Assembly: GCA_050173015.1 (NCBI GenBank)
Contig: JBFXLE010000041.1
Coordinates: 1-23,837, forward strand
Length of the DNA: 23,837 nt
Reading direction: 5' to 3'
DNA from: Calditrichaceae bacterium
Lineage (GTDB): Bacteria; Calditrichota; Calditrichia; Calditrichales; JBFXGD01
Part shown: one piece after another, positions 1-8,240 of the stretch
How positions within the stretch are numbered: the stretch's first letter is position 1
Layout of the letters: each line of letters starts with the position of its first letter
Program-made: the position numbers and the translations under genes
Notes under the pieces: model-generated
The model's input: the letters and a program-made list of their open reading frames with translations, nothing else
Databases searched by the model: none
What the model was told of the DNA's origin: nothing

Positions 1-55
1 GAGACGCATGGTTATACGTCTGTATTTCAGAGTCAGAACAGGTATGCGGACCAAC

Positions 56-142
56 CAGAAGATTCCTGCGGAATGACATATTGAGGATAGTTACCTTTAA
101 ATGGCAGCATCCCCGTACCTGTCATCCTGGAAGGATCTTCTG
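56..142. repeat. Inverted pair of REP-like 23-mers (56-78 and 120-142) flanking a 41-nt spacer; repeated at 301-323 and 365-387
   Basis: The reverse complement of CAGAAGATTCCTGCGGAATGACA is TGTCATTCCGCAGGAATCTTCTG, which matches TGTCATCCTGGAAGGATCTTCTG at 18/23. Each 23-mer holds a 5-bp stem with a GNA triloop. Confidence 0.8.
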
Positions 143-161
143 CTCGCTTGGGAAGAGACGG

Positions 162-236
162 AAAGTAAGAAGTGGGAAGTAAGAAGTAGGAATTTTAAGA
201 AAAAAGAGAAAAGAGAAAAGAGAAAAGAGTTAAGAG
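162..236 (+). repeat. Purine-rich 7-bp microsatellite (GAAGTAA-like units, AAAAGAG x4, TTAAGAG); related run at about 407-455
   Basis: AAAAGAG occurs 4 times perfectly at 202-229; GAAGTRR units at about 162-189; GAGTTAA units at about 435-455. Confidence 0.85.
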
Positions 237-540
237 ATCATAGTAGAGACGCATGGTTATACGTCTGTATTTCAGAGTCAGAACAGGTATGCGGACCAAC
301 CAGAAGATTCCTGCGGAATGACATATTGAGGATAGTTACCTTTAAATGGCAGCATCCCCGTACCTGTCATCCCGGAGGGATCTTCTGCTTACTTGGGAAG
401 AGACGGAAAGTAAGAAGTGAGAAGTAAGAAAAAAGAGTTAAGAGTTAAGAGTAAGGGTGTCTCGTGCCGGGCATTGCTGTAAATTTTAAAAAATGAAATA
501 GTCCGATTAATTTGACGGAACAAGCTTTGGAGATATTGTA

Positions 541-945
541 ATGGAAAAAAAAATTCGCGTATTGGTGGCAAAACCGGGACTGGACGGTCATGACCGCGGG
601 GCGAAAGTTGTTGCGGCGGCCTTCAGGGATGCCGGTTTTGAAGTGATCTATACAGGACTGCGTCAGACACCGGAAATGATTGTTGAAGCCGGTCTCCAGG
701 AAGATGTGGATGTGATCGCCATCAGTATTCTTTCAGGAGCTCATATGACCGTTTTTCCAAAAGTGCTTCGGCTGATGAAAGAAAACAAAATGGAAGATAT
801 GCTTTTAACGGGTGGGGGAATAATTAGCGATGAAGAAATAAATCGGCTCATGGAGATGGGGACAGGCCGGTTATTCGGCCCGGGTACCAATACGCAGGAG
901 GCGATCGCGTATATCAGAGACTGGTACACTGAAAACAAATCCTGA
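541..945 (+). CDS. Methylmalonyl-CoA mutase C-terminal (cobalamin-binding) small subunit
   Basis: [18 protein letters not shown] carries the DxHxxG base-off B12 motif; SILSGAH and GGGII motifs; GGAG RBS upstream of ATG. Confidence 0.93.
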   Translation: MEKKIRVLVAKPGLDGHDRGAKVVAAAFRDAGFEVIYTGLRQTPEMIVEAGLQEDVDVIAISILSGAHMTVFPKVLRLMKENKMEDMLLTGGGIISDEEINRLMEMGTGRLFGPGTNTQEAIAYIRDWYTENKS

Positions 946-1063
946 TACAATATTTCTATTGAGAATTTGATGCTCTGAAACTGAAAACTCTTTCAAACAG
1001 GAAAAAGTATTTAACTCAATACCTATAAAGTATAACAGATTAATTCAACCGCGGCAGGGAAAA

Positions 1064-1792
1064 GTGGCTGATAAAATCCATGAACCGGAAAAATTTAAAT
1101 CGAGAATCACCGATTGGCCGATCGATGAACGGCCAAGAGAAAAACTCATTAATAACGGGCCGGATTCGATATCGTCGGCGGAGCTGATCGCTATCCTTCT
1201 GGGACACGGCTCATCAAAATTTAACGCCGTGGAGACAGCGAAACGACTGCTTCGCGAATTTCACTCTTTAGAAGGTCTGGCTAATGCTTCCCTGGTTGAA
1301 CTTCAAAAGATGCCGGGAATCGGTCCCGTGAAAGCGGTCACTCTGATCGCCGCGTTTCAGTTATACCGTAATCTTGAAAAAGAGAAAGCTGAACATGAGA
1401 TTGTCAGTTTTCAAAATCCCGCCCAGGTCGCCAAAATTTATATCCCGCTGCTCGGATACCGTAAGGAAGAACGGTTTTATGTGATCCTTCTTGATTCGGC
1501 GATGAAACGCATTCAGGATTTTGAAGTTACAAAAGGCATCCTTGATGCTTCTCTGGTTCATCCCAGAGAAGTGTTTAATCCGGCCATCCGCTATCTGGCC
1601 AGAGGTATTATTCTGCTCCATAATCATCCTTCAGGACAGCTCAAACCGAGCCAGGAAGATATTTCCATTACCAAAAGGCTGGTCAGCAGCGGGAAAATCA
1701 TCGATATCCCGGTCTACGACCACCTGATTATAACCGCTAAAGGCTATTTCAGTTTCAAAGAAGACGGCCTTCTTGATAATATGAATACATAA
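1064..1792 (+). CDS. radC: RadC family protein (HhH + JAB/MPN domain)
   Basis: N-terminal ERPREKL and ELIAILL; HhH motif [12 protein letters not shown]-like HPREVF, HNHPSG and DHLII. GTG start after AGGGA. Confidence 0.95.
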   Translation: MADKIHEPEKFKSRITDWPIDERPREKLINNGPDSISSAELIAILLGHGSSKFNAVETAKRLLREFHSLEGLANASLVELQKMPGIGPVKAVTLIAAFQLYRNLEKEKAEHEIVSFQNPAQVAKIYIPLLGYRKEERFYVILLDSAMKRIQDFEVTKGILDASLVHPREVFNPAIRYLARGIILLHNHPSGQLKPSQEDISITKRLVSSGKIIDIPVYDHLIITAKGYFSFKEDGLLDNMNT

Positions 1793-1805
1793 AACCGGAG
1801 TTTGT

Positions 1806-3356
1806 ATGAATAGAAAAGAACAATTTAGACATCTTGAGGGAGTTCGTTCAGAGGCCAAACTAGGGGGCGGTGAAAAGCGCGTCAAACAGCAGCATGACAA
1901 GGGAAAATTGACGGCCCGGGAACGGATCGATTTTTTACTTGATGAAGGTTCTTTTGTGGAAATGGATATGTTCGTGCGTCATCGGTCCCGTGACTTCGGA
2001 CTTGAAAAAGAAAGATATCTCGGTGACGGTGTAATCACCGGATATGGACATATTGACGGACGGCTGGTATTTGTGTTCTCGCAGGATTTTACGGTATTCG
2101 GGGGAAGTCTTTCTGAAACTTTTGCCGAGAAAATCATTAAGATAATGGATCAGGCCATGAAGGTTGGCGCGCCAATAATCGGGCTGAACGACTCCGGCGG
2201 GGCGCGGATTCAGGAAGGGGTGGTCAGTCTCGGAGGGTACGCGGAGATCTTTTTGCGAAATACTCTGGCATCCGGGGTGGTGCCGCAAATTTCAGCGGTG
2301 ATGGGGCCCTGCGCCGGCGGAGCGGTTTACTCGCCGGCTATCACAGATTTTACGCTGATGGTAAAAAACACCAGTTATATGTTTGTTACCGGGCCGAATG
2401 TGGTGAAAACGGTGACTCACGAGGAAGTCACCTCCGAAGAGCTCGGCGGCGCGGAAACACATGGCACCAAGAGCGGAGTAAATCATTTGACTTGTAACAG
2501 CGATGTGGAATGTCTTCAAAAAATAAGGGAATTGATTTCATACATGCCCTCAAATAATATGGATGATCCTCCAAGGATTGAATCGCCGGATCAACCTGGC
2601 CGCATGGATGAATCACTCGATGAAATTGTCCCGGAGAATCCCAATCAGCCGTATGATATCAAAGAAGTTGTAACAAGAGTCGTTGATCAGGACTCTTTTT
2701 TTGAGATTCATCCGGATTACGCGCCAAATATAGTCGTTGGTTTTGCCCGATTTGACGGTTATCCCGTGGGGATAGTAGCCAATCAGCCCGCTCATCTCGC
2801 GGGTGTGCTGAATATCGACTCATCCATTAAAGCGGCTCGATTTGTCCGGTTTTGTGACGCGTTCAATATTCCTTTGGTAACATTTGTCGATGTACCCGGA
2901 TTTTTACCGGGAACAAATCAGGAATGGGGAGGAATTATCAAGCATGGAGCGAAATTGCTATATGCCTTTTCAGAAGCGACTGTTCCCAAAGTGACTGTTA
3001 TTACGCGAAAAGCTTACGGTGGCGCGTATGACGTTATGAGTTCAAAACATATCCGCGGAGATATCAATTATGCCTGGCCGAGCGCTGAAATCGCCGTAAT
3101 GGGGCCAAAAGGCGCTGCTGAAATTATTTTTAGAAAAGAAATACAAAACAGTGAAGATCCTGAGGCGATGCTCGCGAAAAAGGAAAAAGAGTACCGGGAG
3201 AAATTCGCCAATCCGTATCTGGCCGCTGAACGAGGGTATATTGATGAAGTCATTGAACCGCGAAATACCCGTCTGCGTATAATTCAGGCATTACGGATGC
3301 TGGAAACAAAAGTGGATACAAATCCGCCCAAAAAACACGGGAATATTCCGTTATAA
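1806..3356 (+). CDS. pccB: Acyl-CoA (propionyl-CoA / methylmalonyl-CoA) carboxylase carboxyltransferase beta subunit
   Basis: [55 protein letters not shown] and C-terminal KKHGNIPL. Carboxylase versus decarboxylase (MmdA) role cannot be told from sequence. Confidence 0.93.
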   Translation: MNRKEQFRHLEGVRSEAKLGGGEKRVKQQHDKGKLTARERIDFLLDEGSFVEMDMFVRHRSRDFGLEKERYLGDGVITGYGHIDGRLVFVFSQDFTVFGGSLSETFAEKIIKIMDQAMKVGAPIIGLNDSGGARIQEGVVSLGGYAEIFLRNTLASGVVPQISAVMGPCAGGAVYSPAITDFTLMVKNTSYMFVTGPNVVKTVTHEEVTSEELGGAETHGTKSGVNHLTCNSDVECLQKIRELISYMPSNNMDDPPRIESPDQPGRMDESLDEIVPENPNQPYDIKEVVTRVVDQDSFFEIHPDYAPNIVVGFARFDGYPVGIVANQPAHLAGVLNIDSSIKAARFVRFCDAFNIPLVTFVDVPGFLPGTNQEWGGIIKHGAKLLYAFSEATVPKVTVITRKAYGGAYDVMSSKHIRGDINYAWPSAEIAVMGPKGAAEIIFRKEIQNSEDPEAMLAKKEKEYREKFANPYLAAERGYIDEVIEPRNTRLRIIQALRMLETKVDTNPPKKHGNIPL

Positions 3357-3414
3357 GCAACGGTTAGGAATCTGATTTTAAGTGGAATTTAATACAACGA
3401 AAAACCGGAGTAGT

Positions 3415-4305
3415 ATGTTAGTTAATAATAAAATTCGCAGCGCCGAAATTGTGACGGTCTCCTATCAGATTATCATGGTATTTATTATTGCTTTCAATTA
3501 TGACGCCATACCATACAATAAATATTTCATCATTTATCATATAGCGATATCTTTCATTCTGCTCTATATGCATCGCATCCCAAAATCAAAGTGGCTGGAC
3601 TGGTTCAAAGTGGGTAATCCCGTTATTCTGATACCGATTAATTTCAGTGAGCTGCATTACCTGGTGCATAATGTGAATCCGACTGATTTTGACGATCTTT
3701 TGATCAGAATTGATTATAATCTGTTTGGCGCGCATCCAACTATCTGGATGGAAAAAATTACAAATCCTTTACTGACGGAATATCTGCAACTGGTATATTC
3801 AACCTTTTATTTTTTACCGCTTGTGTTATTATATTTTCTGTTCCGCGATAAAAAATTTGAAGAATTTAATTACTGTGTTTTTATAATGGTTTTTGGTTTT
3901 TTGCTATCTTATCTCGGATATTTTCTTGTACCGGCCGTTGGGCCGCGTTTCACGCTTGATCACCTACAGACATTTCAACTGGAGGGGATCCTGGCGACAG
4001 AGACAATCCGTTTTACTTTGGATTCACTTGAAAATATACAAAGAGACGCATTCCCAAGCGGGCACACCGCGATGACACTGGTGACCATGTATTACGCGTA
4101 CAAATACACACGAAAGTATTATTATGTATTATTGATTATCGGCAGCAGTATGATATTTTCCACAGTGTACCTCCGTTATCATTATGTCATTGACGTGATC
4201 GCCGGCGCGCTGCTCGCGATATTGGTAATTAAAGCGGGGCCGATGTTATATACCTTGCTTGAAAAAGTGAAAGAGAGAAAGTTCGCTTTTGAAAAAATTT
4301 TATAA
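3415..4305 (+). CDS. Multi-pass membrane PAP2-superfamily protein (Aur1/IPC-synthase-like type)
   Basis: Several hydrophobic segments; PAVGPR, DAFPSGH and YLRYHYVID motifs. ATG 3415 (after GGAG) preferred over GTG 3382 of the ORF track. Confidence 0.8.
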   Translation: MLVNNKIRSAEIVTVSYQIIMVFIIAFNYDAIPYNKYFIIYHIAISFILLYMHRIPKSKWLDWFKVGNPVILIPINFSELHYLVHNVNPTDFDDLLIRIDYNLFGAHPTIWMEKITNPLLTEYLQLVYSTFYFLPLVLLYFLFRDKKFEEFNYCVFIMVFGFLLSYLGYFLVPAVGPRFTLDHLQTFQLEGILATETIRFTLDSLENIQRDAFPSGHTAMTLVTMYYAYKYTRKYYYVLLIIGSSMIFSTVYLRYHYVIDVIAGALLAILVIKAGPMLYTLLEKVKERKFAFEKIL

Positions 4306-4355
4306 GCTAAGTTGCTCAAATTAGCCAAATGAATGAAACGGGAGACAATACGAGC

Positions 4356-5714
4356 ATGAAATCAATCAATCCGGCCACAGGAGATTTAATAAAAGAGTAT
4401 CACACGCATTCTGCAGAAGAGGCGGGGAAAATACTCAATGATGTGAATACAGCCTGGGACTCCTGGAGAGAAACCACGTTTCATGAACGCTCCCGGTTAA
4501 TGCGCGGAGCGGCGGCGGAACTGCGCCGAAATATGGAATATTACGCCAAAATGATTACCCTTGAGATGGGGAAAATCATCAGGGAATCCAGGGCTGAAGT
4601 GGAGAAATGCGCCTGGGTGTGTGACTATTACGCGGAAAACGCGGAATCCATCCTGAAAGATGAACGGATCGAGAGCGATGCAAGTAAAAGTTTTGTGTCA
4701 TTTGAGCCGATTGGCGTCGTTTTGGCGGTGATGCCCTGGAATTTCCCTTTCTGGCAGGTGTTCAGGTTCGCGGCGCCGGCTCTGATGGCCGGAAACGCGG
4801 CGGTGCTAAAACACGCTTCAAATGTACCCGGATCGGCTCTGGCAATCGAAGAAGTGTTTCATAAAGCCGGTTTTCCGGAAAATATATTCCGTACCCTGAT
4901 GATTCCTTCGGGGATGGTGGAAGCGGTGATTCAGAACAGGATTATTAAAGCCGTGACTCTGACCGGAAGTGAGTACGCGGGGAGTCAGGTGGCTTCCGCG
5001 GCCGGGAAAGAAATTAAAAAAGCCGTTCTTGAACTGGGCGGTTCCGATCCCTTTATTGTTCTCGATGACGCGGATATTCCCGCCTGTGTGGCTGTGTCCG
5101 CTCAGGCAAGGATGTTGAACGCGGGTCAGAGTTGCATCGCGGCTAAACGATTCATTGTGGTTGAATCGCGGCTGAAAGAGTTCGAAAAACAACAGACAGC
5201 GATCATGCAGTCAATGAAAACAGGCGATCCGATGCTTGAAGAAATTCAGGTCGGACCGTTAGCCCGGCCGGATCTTCTGAATGAGTTGGATGAACAGGTT
5301 CAGAAGTCCGTCAAATCCGGCGCGATACTTCTTGCCGGCGGAAAGAAAATCCCGGGGAAAGGTTCTTTTTATGAACCGACGGTGCTGACAAATGTAAAAA
5401 AAGGGATGCCGGTTTATGAAGAAGAGACATTCGGGCCGGTTTCGGCCATCATACCGGTTAAAGATACCGAGGAGGCCATCAGGGCAGCAAATGATTCGGA
5501 ATTGGGTCTTGGCGCGAGTCTCTGGTCGCGTGATCTGAAAAAAGCGGAAGCGATCGCGAGAAGGATTGAATCAGGTTCTGTGTTTATCAACGGAATGACA
5601 AAATCCGATCCTCGTCTGCCCTTTGGAGGCATAAAAAAATCCGGATTTGGCAGAGAGCTTTCACACTATGGGATCAAAGAATTCCTCAACATCAAGACTA
5701 TCTGGATCGCATAA
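4356..5714 (+). CDS. NAD(P)-dependent succinate-semialdehyde dehydrogenase (Sad/GabD1-like aldehyde dehydrogenase)
   Basis: SINPATG, MPWNFPFWQVFRFAAP, LKHASNVP, LELGGSDP, catalytic GQSCIAAK, EETFGP, PFGGIKKSGFGREL. Start 4356 preferred; 4329 possible. Confidence 0.88.
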   Translation: MKSINPATGDLIKEYHTHSAEEAGKILNDVNTAWDSWRETTFHERSRLMRGAAAELRRNMEYYAKMITLEMGKIIRESRAEVEKCAWVCDYYAENAESILKDERIESDASKSFVSFEPIGVVLAVMPWNFPFWQVFRFAAPALMAGNAAVLKHASNVPGSALAIEEVFHKAGFPENIFRTLMIPSGMVEAVIQNRIIKAVTLTGSEYAGSQVASAAGKEIKKAVLELGGSDPFIVLDDADIPACVAVSAQARMLNAGQSCIAAKRFIVVESRLKEFEKQQTAIMQSMKTGDPMLEEIQVGPLARPDLLNELDEQVQKSVKSGAILLAGGKKIPGKGSFYEPTVLTNVKKGMPVYEEETFGPVSAIIPVKDTEEAIRAANDSELGLGASLWSRDLKKAEAIARRIESGSVFINGMTKSDPRLPFGGIKKSGFGRELSHYGIKEFLNIKTIWIA

Positions 5715-5802
5715 ATATTGTAACTTTTTTTGATTATTTTGATCATACTTACTTAATCAATTTGTTTTGAACCCAATAAATAGAATAAATGACGGGGGTT
5801 TT

Positions 5803-6348
5803 GTGAATCTTCTTAAAGAATTTAATGAGTCTCTTACGATAGATGAATATGAAAATTTTCTCGGTGATCAGCTGCCGCTACATCAATTGCATTATGGAAA
5901 AGCGGATACTGGAGAATATTTAACCGAAGATATACCTGAATTGAAATTGCTGGTGATTACCGAACCATGGTGCGGTGATTCAACGGCGATTTTGCCGGTA
6001 TTGTTAAAATTATTTGAAGACAAACCGGTAGAGTTCAGAGTGGCCTTACGCGATCAAAATACAGATTTAATTGACCGGTTTTTAACAAGGGGCGGAAGAG
6101 CCATACCGATTATCCTGATTCTGGACTCCGATGGTGAATTTTTGACGCGTTTCGGACCGCGTCCGAAAAATGTTCAGGAAATTTATGAATTATACAGACC
6201 GGATATTCAGTCAGGAAAAATAGAAAAGATTGAAGTTAGCAAAAAAATTCGTAACTTCTACGCAAAGGACCGGGGGAAATCCATCCTGGATGAGTTTACA
6301 CATATGCTCAACATGATTATAGCGGAGAACATGGAAATCAATGCCTGA
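5803..6348 (+). CDS. Thioredoxin-like protein with single-Cys WCGDS motif
   Basis: TEPWCGDS, GGRAIP cis-Pro loop and FGPRP. GTG 5803 after GGGGG preferred to TTG 5767. Stop overlaps the next start by 8 bp. Confidence 0.8.
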   Translation: MNLLKEFNESLTIDEYENFLGDQLPLHQLHYGKADTGEYLTEDIPELKLLVITEPWCGDSTAILPVLLKLFEDKPVEFRVALRDQNTDLIDRFLTRGGRAIPIILILDSDGEFLTRFGPRPKNVQEIYELYRPDIQSGKIEKIEVSKKIRNFYAKDRGKSILDEFTHMLNMIIAENMEINA

Positions 6349-7423
6349 AATGGAAGATTTTTTTGAACAGCAGACATCGGTCGTTCTAAGAACGATTCAG
6401 GTGTTTTTGGGTATCATTGTCATTTTTCTGATGGTCTGGATTCTGATCATCGGTAAAACGATCATTTTACCATTCATGATTGCTCTGTTCCTTTCATTTA
6501 TTCTTGATCCTATCGTCAGTTTTTTGACAAGATGGAAAATTCCGCTCTCGGTATCGGTTCTGATCACGCTGTTGTTTGCCTCTGTCATTCTTTATTTATT
6601 AGGATTGCTTGTTTACGCGAATGCTGAAATGTTTGTCGGGCAATTTCCGACCTATCAGGTGCGTATGATGGAATCACTTAACAAACTCGGGACGACATTT
6701 GAAAGCTGGTTTGGTACCCCGCTGGATATCGCGGTCTGGAAAGACTTCGACTGGTTAGGCACATTTCGTAATTATTCCATCGCGAAGACGGTTGTGGAGA
6801 GTCTGGGTACTTTTGTGACATTTGTCTTAAAAATGTTGATAGTAGTCATCTTGATCGCGTACTTCCTGACCGGGAAACGCAATCTCAATAAAAAAATCTT
6901 CGTGGCTTTTCCGGATAAAAGGGCAAAACAGGTTGTCGGTATTATCGATAATATTACTCATCAGATACAAAAGTATTTAGGCGCAAAAACATTGATCAGT
7001 CTGATTACCGGTGTAATCAGTATTGTTATTTTTTATATTTTTGGTCTGGATTTTGCCGTTTTTTGGGGATTCATCATATTTTTGTTCAATTTTATCCCCA
7101 ATATTGGGTCAACAGCGGCTTCAGTGTTGCCGGTTTTGTTCAGCTTGTTGCAGTTCGGGTCCTTGGGCGGAGCGTTTTGGCTGGGAGTCAGTCTTGTTAT
7201 TCTTCAACTAACCATGGGGAATATCGTTGAACCCAGGCTCATGGGTTATTCATTAAATCTTAGTCCGCTTATAGTCATTCTGTCCCTGGTATTCTGGGGT
7301 TATATCTGGGGAGTGGCGGGGATGATCCTTGCCGTGCCTATATTAGGTACCATGGCCATTATCTTCGAGAATATCAAATCGCTTAATTTCCTGAGTGTCT
7401 TCATCCGGGGAAAGGCGAAGTAA
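6341..7423 (+). CDS. AI-2E family (TqsA/PerM-like) transporter
   Basis: About 8 hydrophobic segments; FNFIPNIG, GNIVEPRLMG, LNLSP and WGVAGMILAVP motifs. Confidence 0.9.
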   Translation: MPEMEDFFEQQTSVVLRTIQVFLGIIVIFLMVWILIIGKTIILPFMIALFLSFILDPIVSFLTRWKIPLSVSVLITLLFASVILYLLGLLVYANAEMFVGQFPTYQVRMMESLNKLGTTFESWFGTPLDIAVWKDFDWLGTFRNYSIAKTVVESLGTFVTFVLKMLIVVILIAYFLTGKRNLNKKIFVAFPDKRAKQVVGIIDNITHQIQKYLGAKTLISLITGVISIVIFYIFGLDFAVFWGFIIFLFNFIPNIGSTAASVLPVLFSLLQFGSLGGAFWLGVSLVILQLTMGNIVEPRLMGYSLNLSPLIVILSLVFWGYIWGVAGMILAVPILGTMAIIFENIKSLNFLSVFIRGKAK

Positions 7424-7452
7424 TGAGAAAATTTAGATCTTGTCGTTTATTT

Positions 7453-8007
7453 TTAGAAGTCGACGCGTCCGGCACTTTTTAAATATTGATAGGCGCGCTG
7501 TATTCCGATGATGGCCAGGGCATCTTTTATTTCAAAATTGATGACCATCTGCCAGGCATCACGGAACGGGAGCATTTTGACCCGCAAATCCTCGGTGTGA
7601 TCCGGTTTTGGTATGCCGTTGGTCAGATCCTCCGCCAGATAGATATATCCGATTTCGTCGGTGAAACTGTTGCTGGTGTAAAGCGTATCGAGAAAGGTCC
7701 ATTTTTTCGCGGTAAGCCCGGTCTCTTCCAGCAATTCACGCTTGGCTCCGTCAAGAGTGTCTTCATGGTCCAAACCGCCGCCCTCGGGAATTTCCCATGA
7801 ATAAGTCTTTAAGGTGTATCGGTATTGTCCGACCAGACAGGTTTGCAGATCATTTGTCAACGGGACAATACCGATCGCCGGTTTTGCCTCGACGACGCTG
7901 TAAATGCCGGAAGTGCCTGTGGGAGTGATAACCTGATCCTCACGTAATCGAATCCAGTCATTTTTATAGATTTGTCTGGTTGAGAGAGTCTTCCATGGAT
8001 TTTTCAT
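7453..8007 (-). CDS. NUDIX hydrolase (ADP-ribose pyrophosphatase-like)
   Basis: Complete Nudix box G-x5-E-x7-RE-LLEETGL (GGGLDHEDTLDGAKRELLEETGL); QYRY and WEIP upstream. Confidence 0.92.
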   Translation of the reverse strand: MKNPWKTLSTRQIYKNDWIRLREDQVITPTGTSGIYSVVEAKPAIGIVPLTNDLQTCLVGQYRYTLKTYSWEIPEGGGLDHEDTLDGAKRELLEETGLTAKKWTFLDTLYTSNSFTDEIGYIYLAEDLTNGIPKPDHTEDLRVKMLPFRDAWQMVINFEIKDALAIIGIQRAYQYLKSAGRVDF

Positions 8008-8240
8008 ATTATTTTTCCGTTTTTCTGATCGGTGTCATTCATTTTAATGCAAAAATTAAAATATTTAATAAATAAATTTTATTCAACTAAAATCCTATAC
8101 AATTATAATAGGTTTATTCCTACTAAAAAATACCTTTTTTTCTTTAGATTTCAATGTGATTTTATTAAGTTTATCATTCATTAACATAAATTCTGTTCCT
8201 TCTGTTCACTGTGTATGAAATTATAGATATAGAGGAAATT

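Larger units (their letters stand above)
1..430. repeat. Tandem direct repeat, period 245 bp (copy 1 = 1-185, copy 2 = 246-430), non-coding and palindrome-rich; may continue upstream of the window
   Basis: 1-127 is identical to 246-372. Over 185 nt I count only 5 mismatches (positions 128, 132, 145, 146, 175). Copies are joined by a purine-rich heptamer linker. Confidence 0.95.

Noticed and set aside
101-427. 108-aa ORF across the tandem repeat
   Set aside because: It reads the two repeat copies in different frames through a low-complexity K/E/R stretch, has no clear RBS, and the variation seen conserves hairpins rather than codons.
1-430. CRISPR array
   Set aside because: Unit of about 185 bp, identical internal spacers, alternating palindrome orientation, and no cas genes.
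1-430. Tandem cobalamin riboswitch upstream of a B12-binding gene
   Set aside because: Only fragmentary resemblance (CCCCG..CTGT, GGGAAG, AGTCAGAA). The GGGAA-GGTG-AA-TCC and GCCACTG elements are missing. An Rfam cmscan would settle it.
1064-1792. radC as a marker of a mobile element or prophage
   Set aside because: It is the full-length HhH-containing chromosomal form, with no integrase, att sites or phage genes nearby.
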